This document shows positions 25,641 through 38,260 of a DNA stretch of 64,000 nucleotides, one piece after another. Position 1 is the first letter of the stretch. Each line of letters opens with the position of its first letter. The position numbers and the translations under genes are program-made. The notes under the pieces are model-generated. The model was not told the origin of the DNA, did not search any database, and saw nothing but the letters and a program-made list of their open reading frames with translations. This stretch comes from Camelus dromedarius (Eukaryota), in contig NC_087437.1 of assembly GCF_036321535.1 (NCBI RefSeq), positions 46,192,001 through 46,256,000 on the forward strand, in the 5' to 3' direction.

Positions 25641-26384
25641 GAGTGCCTCAGGGAGCTGTTATTCACCCAAACAATTAGCTTGGGCAGATTCTGGACCATA
25701 AAGCAAAAAGGGGCTTTGATAATAGAAATCAAGAGGCCAAAGAGCAAAATCGCAAGTCCTTCCTAATAGAACCACACAAAAATATTTTCTCCAGTGTTTC
25801 ATATTCCATGTCCTGAGGCACTATGTAAATACAATATATTTAGGGAACCAAGAGGAGTTTCCTATGCAACACATCACGAGAATACCTGTTAATCCCATGA
25901 GTTCATGGTGCAAGGATCACTGGCCTCAGGATAGCTTGGCCATAAGCGCCATTAAGCACCCCAACTCTTTGTAGTTGTGCACACCAGCCTGGAGTGAAAA
26001 CAAGGTTCTCTCCAAGTTGATGACCTTTGCGTGAATAAACAGAATCTCTTGACAGTGAGCTCCAACACATGATTTTCTAGACATGTGAGCCACTTGTTTT
26101 TGAAATAGAGTGACATGCTGAAAGCCTCAGGGAAAAATAGCACTTAAAACACAAAAACACAGCCATTCCTATTGAGCAATCCATCCCTAGTCGTGTACCA
26201 GAGCTGGAACCATATGTGCTAATAGCCTACAAAGTGCACGTGGGGTTATGATGGATGAGATCCTGACTACAAGTACCTCTGAAAGAAATTAAAGATGAAA
26301 ATACCAAGCCAATCGTATCCTCCCAAGAAACCCAAACCTTAAGCCTCCATTGACTTTTCTCTCTTCCATAAATACCTCGGAATA

Positions 26385-26535
26385 ATAGCTACCCTTTATT
26401 GAATAGTCCACATTGTGTACCAGGCATCGTGCTAAGGGCAGTGTGTTAAGTGACCCTGTGAGAGGGTCTTTACCCCCTTTTTACAGATGAGGCTTGGAGA
26501 GGTTAAATAACTTTCTACAGTGTTATAGAGCTGAC
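26385..26535 (-). mobile_element. MIR SINE remnant
   Basis: ATAATAGCTACCCTTTATTGAA...TGTGTACCAGGCATCGTGCTAAG...TTTTACAGATGAGGCTTGGAGAGGTTAAATAACTT. Confidence 0.7.
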
Positions 26536-27284
26536 ATATAAACCCTGTTAAAAAATAGGATCATCCTCTTAATGACAAAACAAATAAAACGTAGCAGTTT
26601 TGCAATTATTATTACCTTTTAGACATAATCAACTTTAAAACTGAGTTAGTAACTGTTTTCCCTGACATTAGATCACCAGCCTAGTCTGTAGTTAAGGAAT
26701 TGATGGGCCCTGGAAACCGGATATTAATCCCAGACCTCTTTCTGAGTTGAAAAATACTGAGACTCAGGCAGCAACTTCTATTTAGCCATTTGGATGAATG
26801 TACTGTTATTTTATAATAAAACATTTATGTGCTTTTTTATGTCAGAAATGTGCTTAATTATTTGGTAGTTTTCTGACTACTGGATGACATAGTAGCTCTT
26901 CAGCTGGTTAAGACTGATTATCTCCAGTTTATAGCTCTAGAGCTTAATTAATTTGCACATTCCATACGGAATTTGGAGAAGAAAATTCTTAAAAGTTAAT
27001 GGGCTTGTTTTATATTTAGTCAATATATCTTTAGTACAACGCCGGGCAACAACATTTCATGTTATATAGCTTAGTGCAATAATAATAGTAAAAGAGAGGT
27101 TGCTGATGGCTATAACTAAGGTTTACATTCTAGCTCAAAGCTTTTTCTTTCTGTTTCTTTATAATGAGCCTGATCTTCCCAGATGGAAGGATTTTGGAGG
27201 CACAGACAAAGGTGGAGGTGGGAGGTAAAGATACTGGTAAAGTAGGTGATTAGAGTCTGACTGAGAAGTTTGGCTTTTGTGTTA

Positions 27285-27455
27285 GTCCTGAGTTCACATT
27301 CTTGCTTTGCCACTTGAACAACTTGAACCATCTGTGCCAAAGTTTCCACATCCATGAAAATGGGGATCACAGTTTCTACTTTATCAGGTTGTTGCAAAGA
27401 CTGAATGTGCTCAGCTTGGCCTAAAGCAAGAGCTCAGTAAGTGGTAGCTACTGTT
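27285..27455 (+). mobile_element. MIR SINE remnant
   Basis: CCATCTGTGCCAAAGTTTCCACATCCATGAAAATGGGGATCACAGTTTCTACTTTATCAGGTTGTTG...GAGCTCAGTAAGTGGTAGCTA. Confidence 0.7.
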
Positions 27456-29389
27456 GGAGGAGGTGCTTATGTAAAAGATTTGGAAACTGCTTCTCAAAAG
27501 TGAGGGTCTGCCCTGGCTTGCTCCAGCATCTGGAAGGTGGAAGCGCCTGGCCAAGTCCATGTTGTTCTCAGGCTTTCCCCTGCCTCACTGCCCATGGAGC
27601 TCATTGTTTGGGCTACATTTACCGTGGACACAAGGAAATACCATGTGGTTTGTAAAGCCCACGATTCCGGCACAGGTCTTTTCATTTTCACATCAACTTG
27701 TATTATATTGCGCACACAGTGGTAGTGTGGTAAATCTGTATTGATTTTGTTTAACTGCAACACAAGGCAGAGCTTCTCTTCTTGGCTTTGCTTTGGGGGT
27801 GGTAACAGGCAGGTGAGTCTGCGTGGTGGAGAGTATGGGGCACATGGAAAGGGAAAAAGGAATGAGACTTCCCAAGAGCAAGGCTGCAAAATAAGATTTT
27901 CCTATAAACCTAATGCTGTTGTGAAAAGAAAAAAGTAAACCCAGTAAACCTCTTATTAACTCAACCGACATGAATTTGAAACTTGTGGAAATTTGATGTA
28001 AGTGGAGCTATATTATACTTCGGTAACATTTAGCCTCTTCAACAGAACCAAGCATTTTTGAAGCAATTATTTTCATATTAAAGCTAGGCTAATTGCACCT
28101 CCTTTTTATTCATTTCTCTCTGCTTGGCAACACTCAACTTAGCTAATTTGAATTAGTGGATGCAAGATTTTAGAATCATCTAAAGCTAGATTTCTTTAAA
28201 ATCCTAAAAATTTTATGCTCACGTAACTTACAGTTTCTCTGTCAAAGGTGAAAAGAGCCTAATATATATATTTTTTAAACACAATGATGTGTGAAAACAA
28301 AGCTACAGATACCTACAGGGGAAAGCCAACTGATGGCCAGTGGATTTTTCAAGTTTTTGTAAAGATTACTTCAGGTGACAAGCTTTATCGGAAATGTGTT
28401 TTTTTCTGATTAACAGTAGTGATAGGCTTGTAGATAAACTGTAATTCAGATGCTTGTTCATACTTTAACGAAACCTCTCTATATGTTGTGACTGAGAATA
28501 GATTTCCTCACTATGCTGTAATGAACACTTCCTGTTTTAGGTCAAATTGTAACTAACTTGAAATGATCTTTTAGAAAAATTTGGGTTCTTCTAGTGCCAG
28601 AGGAAAGAAATGAATAATTAAACACACAGATATAGAAAGGAACTGGGAAAAAAAGGAAAAGAGAGCAAATAAAGAAGAACTCAATGGTTCTGTTTTTGAA
28701 GTATAAGAAAATGACGTTTTAGATTTGAATGTGGTTTTGACTTTGTTCAATCAAGGAGTTCACTTACTGTACTTACCGTGTAATCATTAGTTTTGGTTTG
28801 ATCTCATTGCCACACGCATGGCTGAGGGTTTTCAGGAAGAAATCACAGGGATTTCCAGGAAAGGTGACCTCACTACAGAAGCAAGGAGGCTGAGCAAGAC
28901 TTCAGGGCTGGGACACTAAGTTCATGGCATAAATTCCTGTAGATATCCTCAGTACTGTGTAAACAGGGCCAGACTTGCAGCAGAATGGAAGCAACGATCC
29001 AAGGCAAATGGGAGTTTGTGGTTGAATCCTGTTCATTGCAACTTTGGGCAAATCATTTTACCTCTCAAGGCCTCAATTCCCTTTTGACACAACGTGGCAG
29101 CTGGACTTAACGGATGTCTAAGTTTTCCCCCTCAATGCTATGTTCTGGGTGATAGGCCAATAGTGACCCCAACTCTATTATGCAAGATATACTTAGGGTC
29201 CTGCACCATGGCCTGCTGGGGGAGCCCCTTTTGCTATTCAGAAGGGAGGTTATGGTGGGAAAATCGTATAACAATGGGGAAAGCTGCAGATCGGACTTCA
29301 TCCCTCTTCAGTAAATTGGAGGATTTTTCTTTTATCTGCTTGCATACTTGTATTAGCTAAAAAATAAAATTTATTATTATTATTAATAA

Positions 29390-29650
29390 TAAAAATAGTC
29401 AACATCTCTTGAGTGGTCACTATGAGCTGAGAGATGCTATGGATTTTACATGCTCTGTCTTATTGAATTCTCACAATAATTCTTTAAAGGAGATGCTTTA
29501 AAGGAATGCTTTCCCCATTTTTATAGACAGATAAAGTTGGAGGCCTAGAAAAAGAGCAATCAAAAAGTTCTCTGGACCAATAATGGCAGAACTTGGGTTC
29601 AAACCCAGTTTAGTTGCAGACTGTGGGCTGGTAACTATTTTTTTATGCTA
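29390..29650 (-). mobile_element. MIR SINE remnant
   Basis: TCTTATTGAATTCTCACAATAATTCT...CCCCATTTTTATAGA...TGGCAGAACTTGGGTTCAAACCCAGTT. Confidence 0.65.
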
Positions 29651-31188
29651 CTTTTTAAAGTCTCATGATCCAACAGGATGCAAGTTAACTAAATTGTAGG
29701 TACAGATCACCTGATGCAATTCCATTCCTTGGCCAATAAGATTATATATGCAACAAGAAAAATGCCTTTGTTAAGTGAAAAAAAAAAGCAATGGAAAATT
29801 ACATCTTGGCTACAGCAGGTTCTATGGAAAAATAATGCACGTGTACAGACAAATGGAAGTATTAACTCACTGGATGGCAGGGTTGTGGTTGATGACCTTT
29901 TTCTCTTCCTCTTGGTATCCCATTAATATTGCCCATGTAATAAGACAAAAAATAAATAATAATTAAGAAAAATCAAAGAAATGGAGTTTCTGATCATTGT
30001 ATTCCTTGTTAAGAATTGGATTTCCATCAGACCACATTCTTGTTGAGGAAGAGCAGGGAAGTTCAAGTTACCTGTAACAGACGCCATGGTGCTTCACATC
30101 AGAGAGGAGCTAATTCATGTTTCTCAACAGCCCCTGTGCGCCATGCTTTGTATGTATAAGAAAAGGGAATGCAGTATTTGGATTACTTTGCCTCGGTTCC
30201 TCCTTGTGTAAGCAATATGGATATTTCTGACTGTCCTTTTGATTCTAGTTGAAGCTGCTTGCCACAGGCATCTCTTAGTAGATTGCTTTGTGATTTATGC
30301 AGGTCTAAAGGAGACCAAGGATCATTTATCTTTAAACCAGGAAAGAGATGAAAGCAGCTCGGGAGTAAAATTTCCTGTGGAGTTAGATGAGAGCATCAAA
30401 GGGAATGAATGTCATTGTTTCATGAAAAACTAGGAAACGTGAGTCAGTTTCAAATGTCACAAATATTTTTCTGAGATTTCACGGTTTTGAAAATTCTCCA
30501 CTAAAGGATAGGAACAACTGAAGAAGTGAATAAGCATGATTCAGAACCTGTACCGCAAAACACGGCTTTTTCCAGAAGGTTAAAGTGGAAATAAAGGATA
30601 AAGTGGGGGAAAATTGTAAGCCGACTTAAGCCATTTGTAATTATTTTTTCCCACGATTAAGTCTATTTTTTCTGCCCTTGCTTAAATATTTGAGTACTAT
30701 TCTTAATTTAAAAGGAAAAAAAATCCTCAAAAGGGATGCTTCTGTAGCCTGGGTATCCTTTATTCTTTCACATTCCTCATCCTCCATGGCTTTGTGTTCA
30801 TTGACAGCCTCTGTACAAATGATACCCCTCCAACTGTTCCACACTCTCTGCTCATCTGTACCATGGTCTGTGTTTGGTATGTTGTAGTAGTCCTACTCCC
30901 TTTAAATATGTTCCACAGATTCAGAGATATTTAAAACACTATGATGCTTGAAGAAAAAAAAATTGTTATGATCAGGCCATTTGTCACTGTGCATAGGAAT
31001 ATAAGATTCCCACCAGACAGAAAAGATATTATGGGTTTCTCTCTGGCTACTGTACATGCCATAAGTAAAACAATGATGCATGAAGTTGAACTGACTGCCA
31101 AAAATAGATCAGAAAGAAAAATTTCTCCCATGACAATTGGCTGTGATCCTAGGGATTTTCCCTTTTACTCTGAAAGCTCAAAGAGCAA

Positions 31189-31318
31189 TATTTCTTCTTT
31201 TTTCTCTCTCTTTCTCTTCCTTCTTTTCTTCCTTCCCAATTTCTTTCTCTCCTTCCTTCCCTTTCTCCTTCCCTCCTTTCTTCTTTCTCTCTCTTTTCTT
31301 CCCTTCCTTCCTTCCTTT
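31189..31318. repeat. Polypyrimidine CT-rich low-complexity tract
   Basis: About 130 nt of nearly pure C/T (TTCC, CTTT, CT units). Confidence 0.9.
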
Positions 31319-32609
31319 GAACACACTGTGACCTTTGCTTTGAAATCCTCAGCAAACTATATAGCAAAACCGAAGTGTGGACCTCATCAGCTTAGTCTGA
31401 ATCAAGGGCCACTTGCTTTGGCCTCCCAGTGTTTTTCTCATTCCCAGTTCTCAGACCTCCATTCCTGACTCAAGAGAGCCTGGCAGCCTTGGGGTGATAC
31501 CCTTTTTTAAAGCAGTATTATTAAATAATCGAGGAGAGAAAGGAATCCCTCCAAATGAATATGCCCTAGCCAGAAGTATCATTGCTGCACAACCAGAGGG
31601 TCACAGCCAAACTTGGACATCAAGGACATTGAGAAAATACCACCACTACCACCGCTGTCATAACTGAAACCTCCGAACCCAAAATTCTAACACTCCTCGG
31701 AGCACAGATACAGGAGACCTAAACTGTGCTGTCTTTACAACTGTCATTTGTAGATATGTGGAGAGTCTAGAAGTTGACCCCATCTGGAATTGTTTAAACT
31801 ACAGTAGTAATGTAGGAGTTTGGGGACAGTATGGTATGTGGGCCCTGGCAACCAACAGAATAGGGCTAGAATATTAATTTTGATATTCACTGCATGTTAA
31901 CTTTAAGTAAGTTACTCAGCTTTTTTTTTTTTTTTTTGTCTCAGATTCCTCATCTGTAAAATCCCTCATCCCTGCTCTGAAGCCCTAGAAGAGTTATGAT
32001 TTGTACTATCTCATTGGCTCTCTTTCCCTGCCAGTTACCTTTCTTTGCATTTATGCCTTGTCTTCCTCCTAAGAAAAGATTAAGGAATTAGAATTTGGGG
32101 GTAAAATGTGAGGCTAAAATGTAAAGAACAAAGGGAATTTAGCAAAGGAACGAGGGAAGGTTTCCATTCATTGTATAGGCTCCGTATGCAACATGTATTC
32201 TGGATTCTGGCTTATTGGAAAATACATGCATGGAAAACATGATAGCCTCATACACATGTTTGAACGAGTGATTTAAGATAACCAGTTGACATGTAAAAGT
32301 TACTTGTAATTAATGAAATGAATTTTCAAGTCTTCAGATCATTCAAAGGAATCTATCACAGATTTGGGTACTTGAGACTCCAGTCCAGATACATCTGTAA
32401 AAGTTCTTTCTGTTTAACCATGAATTATTCAGCAACTGATAATTTAACAGTGGGCTCCCCAGAGAAGAATAGCTCTTGTTTTGGCACTGGCTACAAGGTA
32501 GGCTACGTATGCCTGGCACCTGACTCTGCTTTGCAGTTGTCTGCTGGATGCAACTGGTTTATGAACTGAAAGGGATCTTTAAATTTGGGACTCTCTAAAA
32601 TTGTTGCTG

Positions 32610-33410
32610 CTAGTTGCGAAGGAATGACAGGAACTGGATTTACTCCACTGCCTGAAACAACTGAAAAGACAGATCAGATGTATGAAAAAGATTTCAGACC
32701 AGAGGTAAGGAAGGGCAGTGAACCCTGAGAGGTGGGAAGCGGACGAGGTGTGTGGGCCCTGTGAATCTCTCCCCTTGCTACCTGCAGAGTTTCCAGGCCA
32801 TGAGAGGGGAGAGGGAAGCTAGACAGAGCCTAGTGGTCTTCTTGAGCTGAGAGATAGAACTGGGAGTCTGGGGAGGCCAAGGCCACTGGAATTTGCAGGG
32901 TGGGTCTCTGGAGGGGAGAGAGTTGAACAAAGAGAAGACTCTGGAGCTCTGCTAAGGGTGCCTCTTGAGCAGTCAGCTAAGTGCTGATATGGGCATGTGA
33001 TTGAGAAAGCTGTCTTCAGGCTGGGGAAGAGCCATCTTCATGGAGCAAGAAAAACAGCCCTCAAGGATCATCACACAGGAGGCTGGGAACTGTTTCTGTT
33101 CCTACCAGATAGACTGGAAAACCCCATAATTCATGGTAGAGTACCCAGAGGAATTTGCTTCAGTGATGGGGGAGCAGATGGGCCCGAAGCTGCAAAGTGC
33201 AGTTAAGTGTAGACACTTGTGTTCTTATGGTTTACGTGTCTTTAAAAGGGAGGTGAAGTACCTATGTGTTGTTGGGCTTATAACGTCTGCCAAAGTGAAA
33301 TATCTGACAAAATAGCCAAGACTGGGAAGGAAGAAATGGAAGTGTACTGTTGCCAGGTCCTTCGATTAGAGATGAAGTGATGCAGAATCACCCCAAGTCA
33401 GATGTGGTCC
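32610..33410 (+). mobile_element. Ancient L1M 5'-end fragment joined to an L1M post-ORF1 spacer fragment
   Basis: GGATTTACTCCACTGCCTGAAACAACTGAAAAGACAGA, GAGTTTCCAGGCCA, GGGAGTCTGGGGAGGCCAAGGC, AGACTGGAAAACCCCATAATTCATGG resemble old L1 5'UTR; GAAATGGAAGTGTACTGTTGCCAGGTCCTT...ATGAAGTG resembles old L1 spacer. Confidence 0.6.
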
Positions 33411-33559
33411 ATGCTACAGCACCAGTTTAGTCGGAGTACAAATCTGGGAGACCTTTGAGCTGGGCCCCAGTGTGGATGGAGGATTTTAAAAGGCCATCAT
33501 TAAGGAAGAAAGGCCTCCAGGGTGAGGGGAAAACATGAAAACATTAACGGAAGGAGAAT

Positions 33560-34310
33560 AAAGGGCTTGTATTGTTAATGGCAACTAGACTTGTTTAGTT
33601 GAAATATGGGAATGTTCAGGTGAGCAGGAGCCACAAGGCTAGCAGGGTTAGTGGCAGCCAGACCGTGGAGGGCCTCCTCTGGTTTTGTGCTCTCTTCTGT
33701 CAGCGAGCAATGGCTGCAGCAGTTTGAGTCGTGGAGCGACATGATCAGAGCTCTATTTAAGAGATGTACCAGTTGGTTAGCAGTGTATACAATGAATTAG
33801 GGGAGAGAGACTGAAAGCAGGGAAGTCAGTTAGGAGGCTGTGGTGAGTCAACACGAGCTAATGTAACTAGGAGAGGGGTAGGAGTGATGGAGATGAAGGC
33901 AGAGGTACCAATGAAGTAGCAGAGAGAGGACTGATATGTTTGAAAAGGCATGAAGGCAGAAAGAGGGAAAGATGTCTGCTAGTTTGTATCTTGACATGGA
34001 AGATGGTGGTACCTTGAGCAGAAAAGGAACATAGGCTGACACACGGGTTCTGGATTTATAGTTCTCAACTTGGGGTGTCAGGGATGTGTGGTGTTTCTGG
34101 TAGGCAGAGAGCTAAGAGTGCAGATTAGGAGCTGGGGAGGAGGTCCCGGTTAGAGAGAGATTTAGGAATCACATGTTTTAGGTGAGTGTTGAAACTGTGG
34201 AATTAGGTGAGAACACCAGGGAGACAGTTGTGAGAAAAGAGAGGTCAGAGGAAAGAACTTCGGGTGAAGCTTTCATTTAGCCAGCAAGAAGGAAAATAGA
34301 AGCCAGCAGA
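33560..34310 (-). mobile_element. L2 LINE fragment
   Basis: GAGCGACATGATCAGA...GAGACTGAAAGCAGGGAAGTCAGTTAGGAGGCTG...GATTTAGGAATCAC; purine-rich reverse-L2 pattern. Confidence 0.7.
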
Positions 34311-34849
34311 GGAAGTGGTTTTTGTATAACACCTTGGAGAGATTTTTTCACTGTCTCTCTGGAAGGAAACTTAATAAATCCTTGGAGAAATGATTTCTTT
34401 AAATGGTATACCTCGCTTATATGCATGCATGTGTGCATTTGCCAAAAAGATTATTTCTCAGGATGCAAATGTCAAAAGTGGAGAGATTGGGAGAGGCCTT
34501 GTGCTTAACTTGTAGTAACAAAGACAGCACTGAATGATTCTTCAGAAATGCAAGAAACAACCAAGGGTAGAGGAGACCACTGTGATGGCAACAGAGACTT
34601 CCTACAAGATCTGCGTGTAGCTGACAGGCAGAGTTAACCACGGAACGTCAAGTGCTTAAATTCAGTTGGAGGACACACGTTTTTTTTTTTTTAACCATTC
34701 CAAAACTAACTCCCTTTTTTCCCAGCAGGGTTAACTTTGGAATACCTATAATTGTTCAAATGGTACATTTTTTGGTACTGTTTATCTGGATTTTTTTATT
34801 TTTACCTACACTATTTAATTTGGTTGAATATTGTATCATCCATGTGAGA

Positions 34850-35200
34850 TAGGTGTTATCATTCCTTTTTACGGGTAAAGAAACTGAGGTTTGGATACCT
34901 GCCTAAAATCACATGGAGCTTGCAGGTGGCTGGGCTGGGAGTAGAACACAGGTCTCCTGCTAATGAATCTTGGGTCCTTCCCACTACACCTCGCCGGGAT
35001 CGCTAAGGATGCAGACCTAAGTGCCAGTGAGAGCCCATTGGAATCCCAACTCTCCCACTTACCAACTGTGTCCATTAAGTAACCTCTCTGGGGTTCATTT
35101 TTCCATGTGTGTCAAATAGGGATAATGATATCTATTTTGTAAGGCTGTTGTGAGAACTAGATGTTATGTACATTAACAACATAGGCACTTGTTTTAATAA
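34850..35200. mobile_element. Two MIR remnants in opposite orientation (about 34850-34990 minus; about 35030-35200 plus)
   Basis: TTTTACGGGTAAAGAAACTGAGGTTTGG...TGCCTAAAATCACA and AAGTAACCTCTCTGGGGTTCATTTTTCC...AATAGGGATAATGATATCTA...GGCTGTTGTGAGAA. Confidence 0.6.
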
Positions 35201-36319
35201 CAAAGAACCAATCTGAAGGCTCAGTGATGGTTTTCAGGGCAGGAAGCACTTTTTCCAATGTGTTGCCCCCCCCCCCCCCGCCCCATGCTGTCTCCCTATT
35301 TTCCCCGTGTACCAACCATCAGCACATTGCTGAGTGCATAGTAGGTGCTCTGTAAAAAAATTAAATTCCATTAAGCTTTAATTAGATGCCTGACTCAGGC
35401 AGGTTTTGCCAGCCGTGGCTCTTGAGTGTGGAAATTTCAGTGCAGCACAAGGTGGGAGAAGGAGGAGGGAGGAGGAGGAGCTGGCTTTGTTTACATTTGC
35501 AGCAGAGGCGACTGCAGAGAGGGAAGCACTTTTATTTCCCTTGTGAACTGGCCGTTCATTTTGCTGTAGCAGCTGCTAATGGAAAATAATAAAACCCATT
35601 TTCGTCAGGCAGTATCTGGAACACTTACAGGTCAATTCGGTGCTCAAAACAGATTGTTACAGAGCACATTAGTTCGTCATCAGCATCCACTTTGGTCAGG
35701 GGATTTTGCCATTGGAAATTGAATTTATAGGTCATGGTCTGTTATGATTCCTGAAAATCATTGAATCTTTGTAAGTTAGTGGAAGCATATAGACAATTAT
35801 TATAAATGAACACACACATAATCTTTCGATTTGTTAAAATCACAAAGGTAGCAAATTAAGCTGTGGAAGAGTTGAGTAGCAGGGCAGCTGCAAAAGTATG
35901 ACTTCACTAGTATTAAACCTATGTTCTGCCTATTAATTGAAGAATTTGGTCCCAGTCCCATAATAAATCCCATCCTATGATACAGTGCCAGGAGGGAGTA
36001 TCAGCATTATTTTTTTTAAAGCACTGAAGCCAGTGCTTGAGATGAAATTCAAGGTGCATTTGTTCGCTGCTGCTCCCATACTTAAGTATGCTTGTGTTAG
36101 GAAGATTGTTTCCAAATGCAGTTAAATGAAGTCAGCTGGAATTTTTAAACATGATACCCCTAGTGGCTGGTCTGGTGGAAAGAACTCTGCCCTGGCATGG
36201 GGTGCTAACTTTTCTAACTTTAGGACCTTGGGCAAGCTGCTTAACTTCTCTGGGCCTTAATTTCCTCCCCTGCAACATGAGGATTTTGGATTGGATGTTC
36301 TCTAAGAACATTTTCCTGT

Positions 36320-36870
36320 ATATTTAAAAAATTGTTCTTGTTGTCTTCCAATTACATAAAAATATGTGTATATATATTCATGGTGAAGATGAATAAAGAA
36401 AATAAATAAAGATAAGCAAAATAAGAGAAAGTCTAACTCATATATAATGCTACAATCCAGAGATATATCCGGTTAACATCTCAATGAATATTCTTCCAGC
36501 TTTTGTATGTTCACATGTATATACCTGTGTACAGTTAAATGTATAAACAAAAAATGCAGTCATTCTATAGACACACCATTTTGATACCTACTCTATTTCA
36601 TTTAACAGTAATGTGAACATCTTTGTCACGATTTTTAAAAATGGAATCCCAATGAATGAATAGGCCATGAATTTCTTTAACCAATCCCCTATGAATAATT
36701 TAATATTTTTCAATCACTTGCAGTTTTTCACAGTGTTGTAATGAAAATCTTCATGGCTAAATCTCTGTAAACACTTCCCAATTCTTGTCTTAGGGTCAGT
36801 TGTCCAAAACAGAAGTGCAGCCTGAAAGATATGCATGTTTCTGAAGTATATTGCTGAACTCACATAAAGT
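36320..36870 (-). mobile_element. Old L1ME 3' fragment
   Basis: AATCCAGAGATATATCCGGTTAACAT...TTTAACCAATCCCCTATG...GTAATGAAAATCTTCATGGCTAAATCT; reverse L1ME 3'UTR pattern. Confidence 0.6.
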
Positions 36871-37519
36871 TTTATATGGTGTGCTTTGTTTTTGGGAGAA
36901 TGACTTACAGTTGGACTCAGGCATCCTCTGAGCATGAATACTCCCTTATAATAAGGCAGGTCTGGTTGCACTTACACACATACACCCTTATATGTGGGCT
37001 GGTTTGATGTTACACCATTTTGTGATTATTCTAGAAGAACTGCAGTGTACACTTATATAACTATCTTCTTGCTTCCTCCCAGGGAATAATATTGTAGAAA
37101 GAAAAGTCTCTGTTTTTCTGAGTTTCCAGAGAATTTCCAACTGATTCTCTAAGACCCTTTCTAGCTTTAATAGTTTTAGGGTATTCAGTTTATCTTATTT
37201 TTTGAGCACCTACTATGTGTTCAGTGTTGAGGCCTCTGCCACTAAGAAGCACAATGTTTGGTAAAAAGAGAATTGCACAACAGTGGTCGACATACAGCGT
37301 CAGAGGCCAGTTGTGTGGCATCCAGGGCCGTGCTGCCTGCAGGGGAGAAGTCGGGGTGTCCCACAGGGGAGGGGAAAGGGAATCGCGTGAGGCCTCGGAA
37401 GGGGCCCTGTCAGCCGGCACTCTCTGATGGCACCGGAGAGGGAACCACCGCAAGGTAGCTTAGTAAATAGGGTTACATTGACTGACTCCTATAATCAGCC
37501 CCTAGGAAGACCAAGGATT

Positions 37520-38260
37520 TTTTCTCTTTTTTTTCCTTCTGTTTTCTTCCCTCTGTGGGTTGGCTTCATTCTCAAAATTCTCAACTTGGTGACTGGAATG
37601 AGGACTGCTAGCCACTTGTGCTTACATCTTTGAAGTCTTAAGTCCAGAGGGAAAAAAGGCTCTTTCCCAGCTCTAGTTTGAAAAATCCTAAGAAGCACTC
37701 TGATTGATCTGGTTGGGGCAATGAGCGTGCCCGCGAAGCAGCACTGGGCCAAGAGGAGAAATCATGGCAGCCAGCTTGGGTCAAATGTCCACACCTGTGG
37801 TCAGAGGGTTGCACTATAACCTTAAGAAGAGGGAAAAATGTGACTTGTGTGTGGAATGTAAAAAAGCTAAACTCACAGAAGCAGAGTAGAATGGTGGTTA
37901 CCAGGGGCTGGGAGTAGGGGAGACGGGGAAAAATGGAAAATAAACTTTTACGTATAGGAGGAGGAAGTTCTAGAAATCTAATGTACAGCATGGTGGCTAT
38001 AGTTACTGATACTGTAGTGAATAGTTGAAGGCTGCTAAGAGTAGACTTTAAATGTTCTCACCATAACAGTAATCAAAATGATAGTTATGTGAGGTAAAGG
38101 ATGTGCTAACCTTATTGTGGAAACATTTTGCTGTATATACATATATCAAATCATTGTGGACCTTAAACTTATACAATATTGTGTCAATTATATCTCAATG
38201 AAGCTTGGCGAAAAAGAAGAGGGAAACCAGTGCTGAGCAGACTAAAACATGAACGCTTGA
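37520..38260 (-). mobile_element. Old MLT1 (J/K-type) LTR interrupted by the L1MA insertion
   Basis: TGTGGGTTGGCTTCATTCTCA, CTCTTTCCCAG, ACTCTGATTG, GCCAGCTTGGGTCAAATGTCCACACCTG; resumes after the TSD as CCAGTGCTGAGCAGA. Confidence 0.55.
37837..38213 (+). mobile_element. 5'-truncated L1MA-type 3'UTR insertion with intact 13-bp TSD
   Basis: AAACTCACAGAAGCAGAGTAGAATGGTGGTTACCAGGGGCTGGG...TCTAATGTACAGCATGGTG...AAATGTTCTCACCA...GTCAATTATATCTCAAT; direct repeat AAGAAGAGGGAAA at 37824-37836 and 38214-38226, preceded by TT (EN consensus). Confidence 0.88.

Noticed and set aside
30941..31468. 175-aa ORF with a hydrophobic F/L/S stretch resembling a membrane protein
   Set aside because: The stretch is the translation of the CT-rich low-complexity tract; no domain is recognisable.
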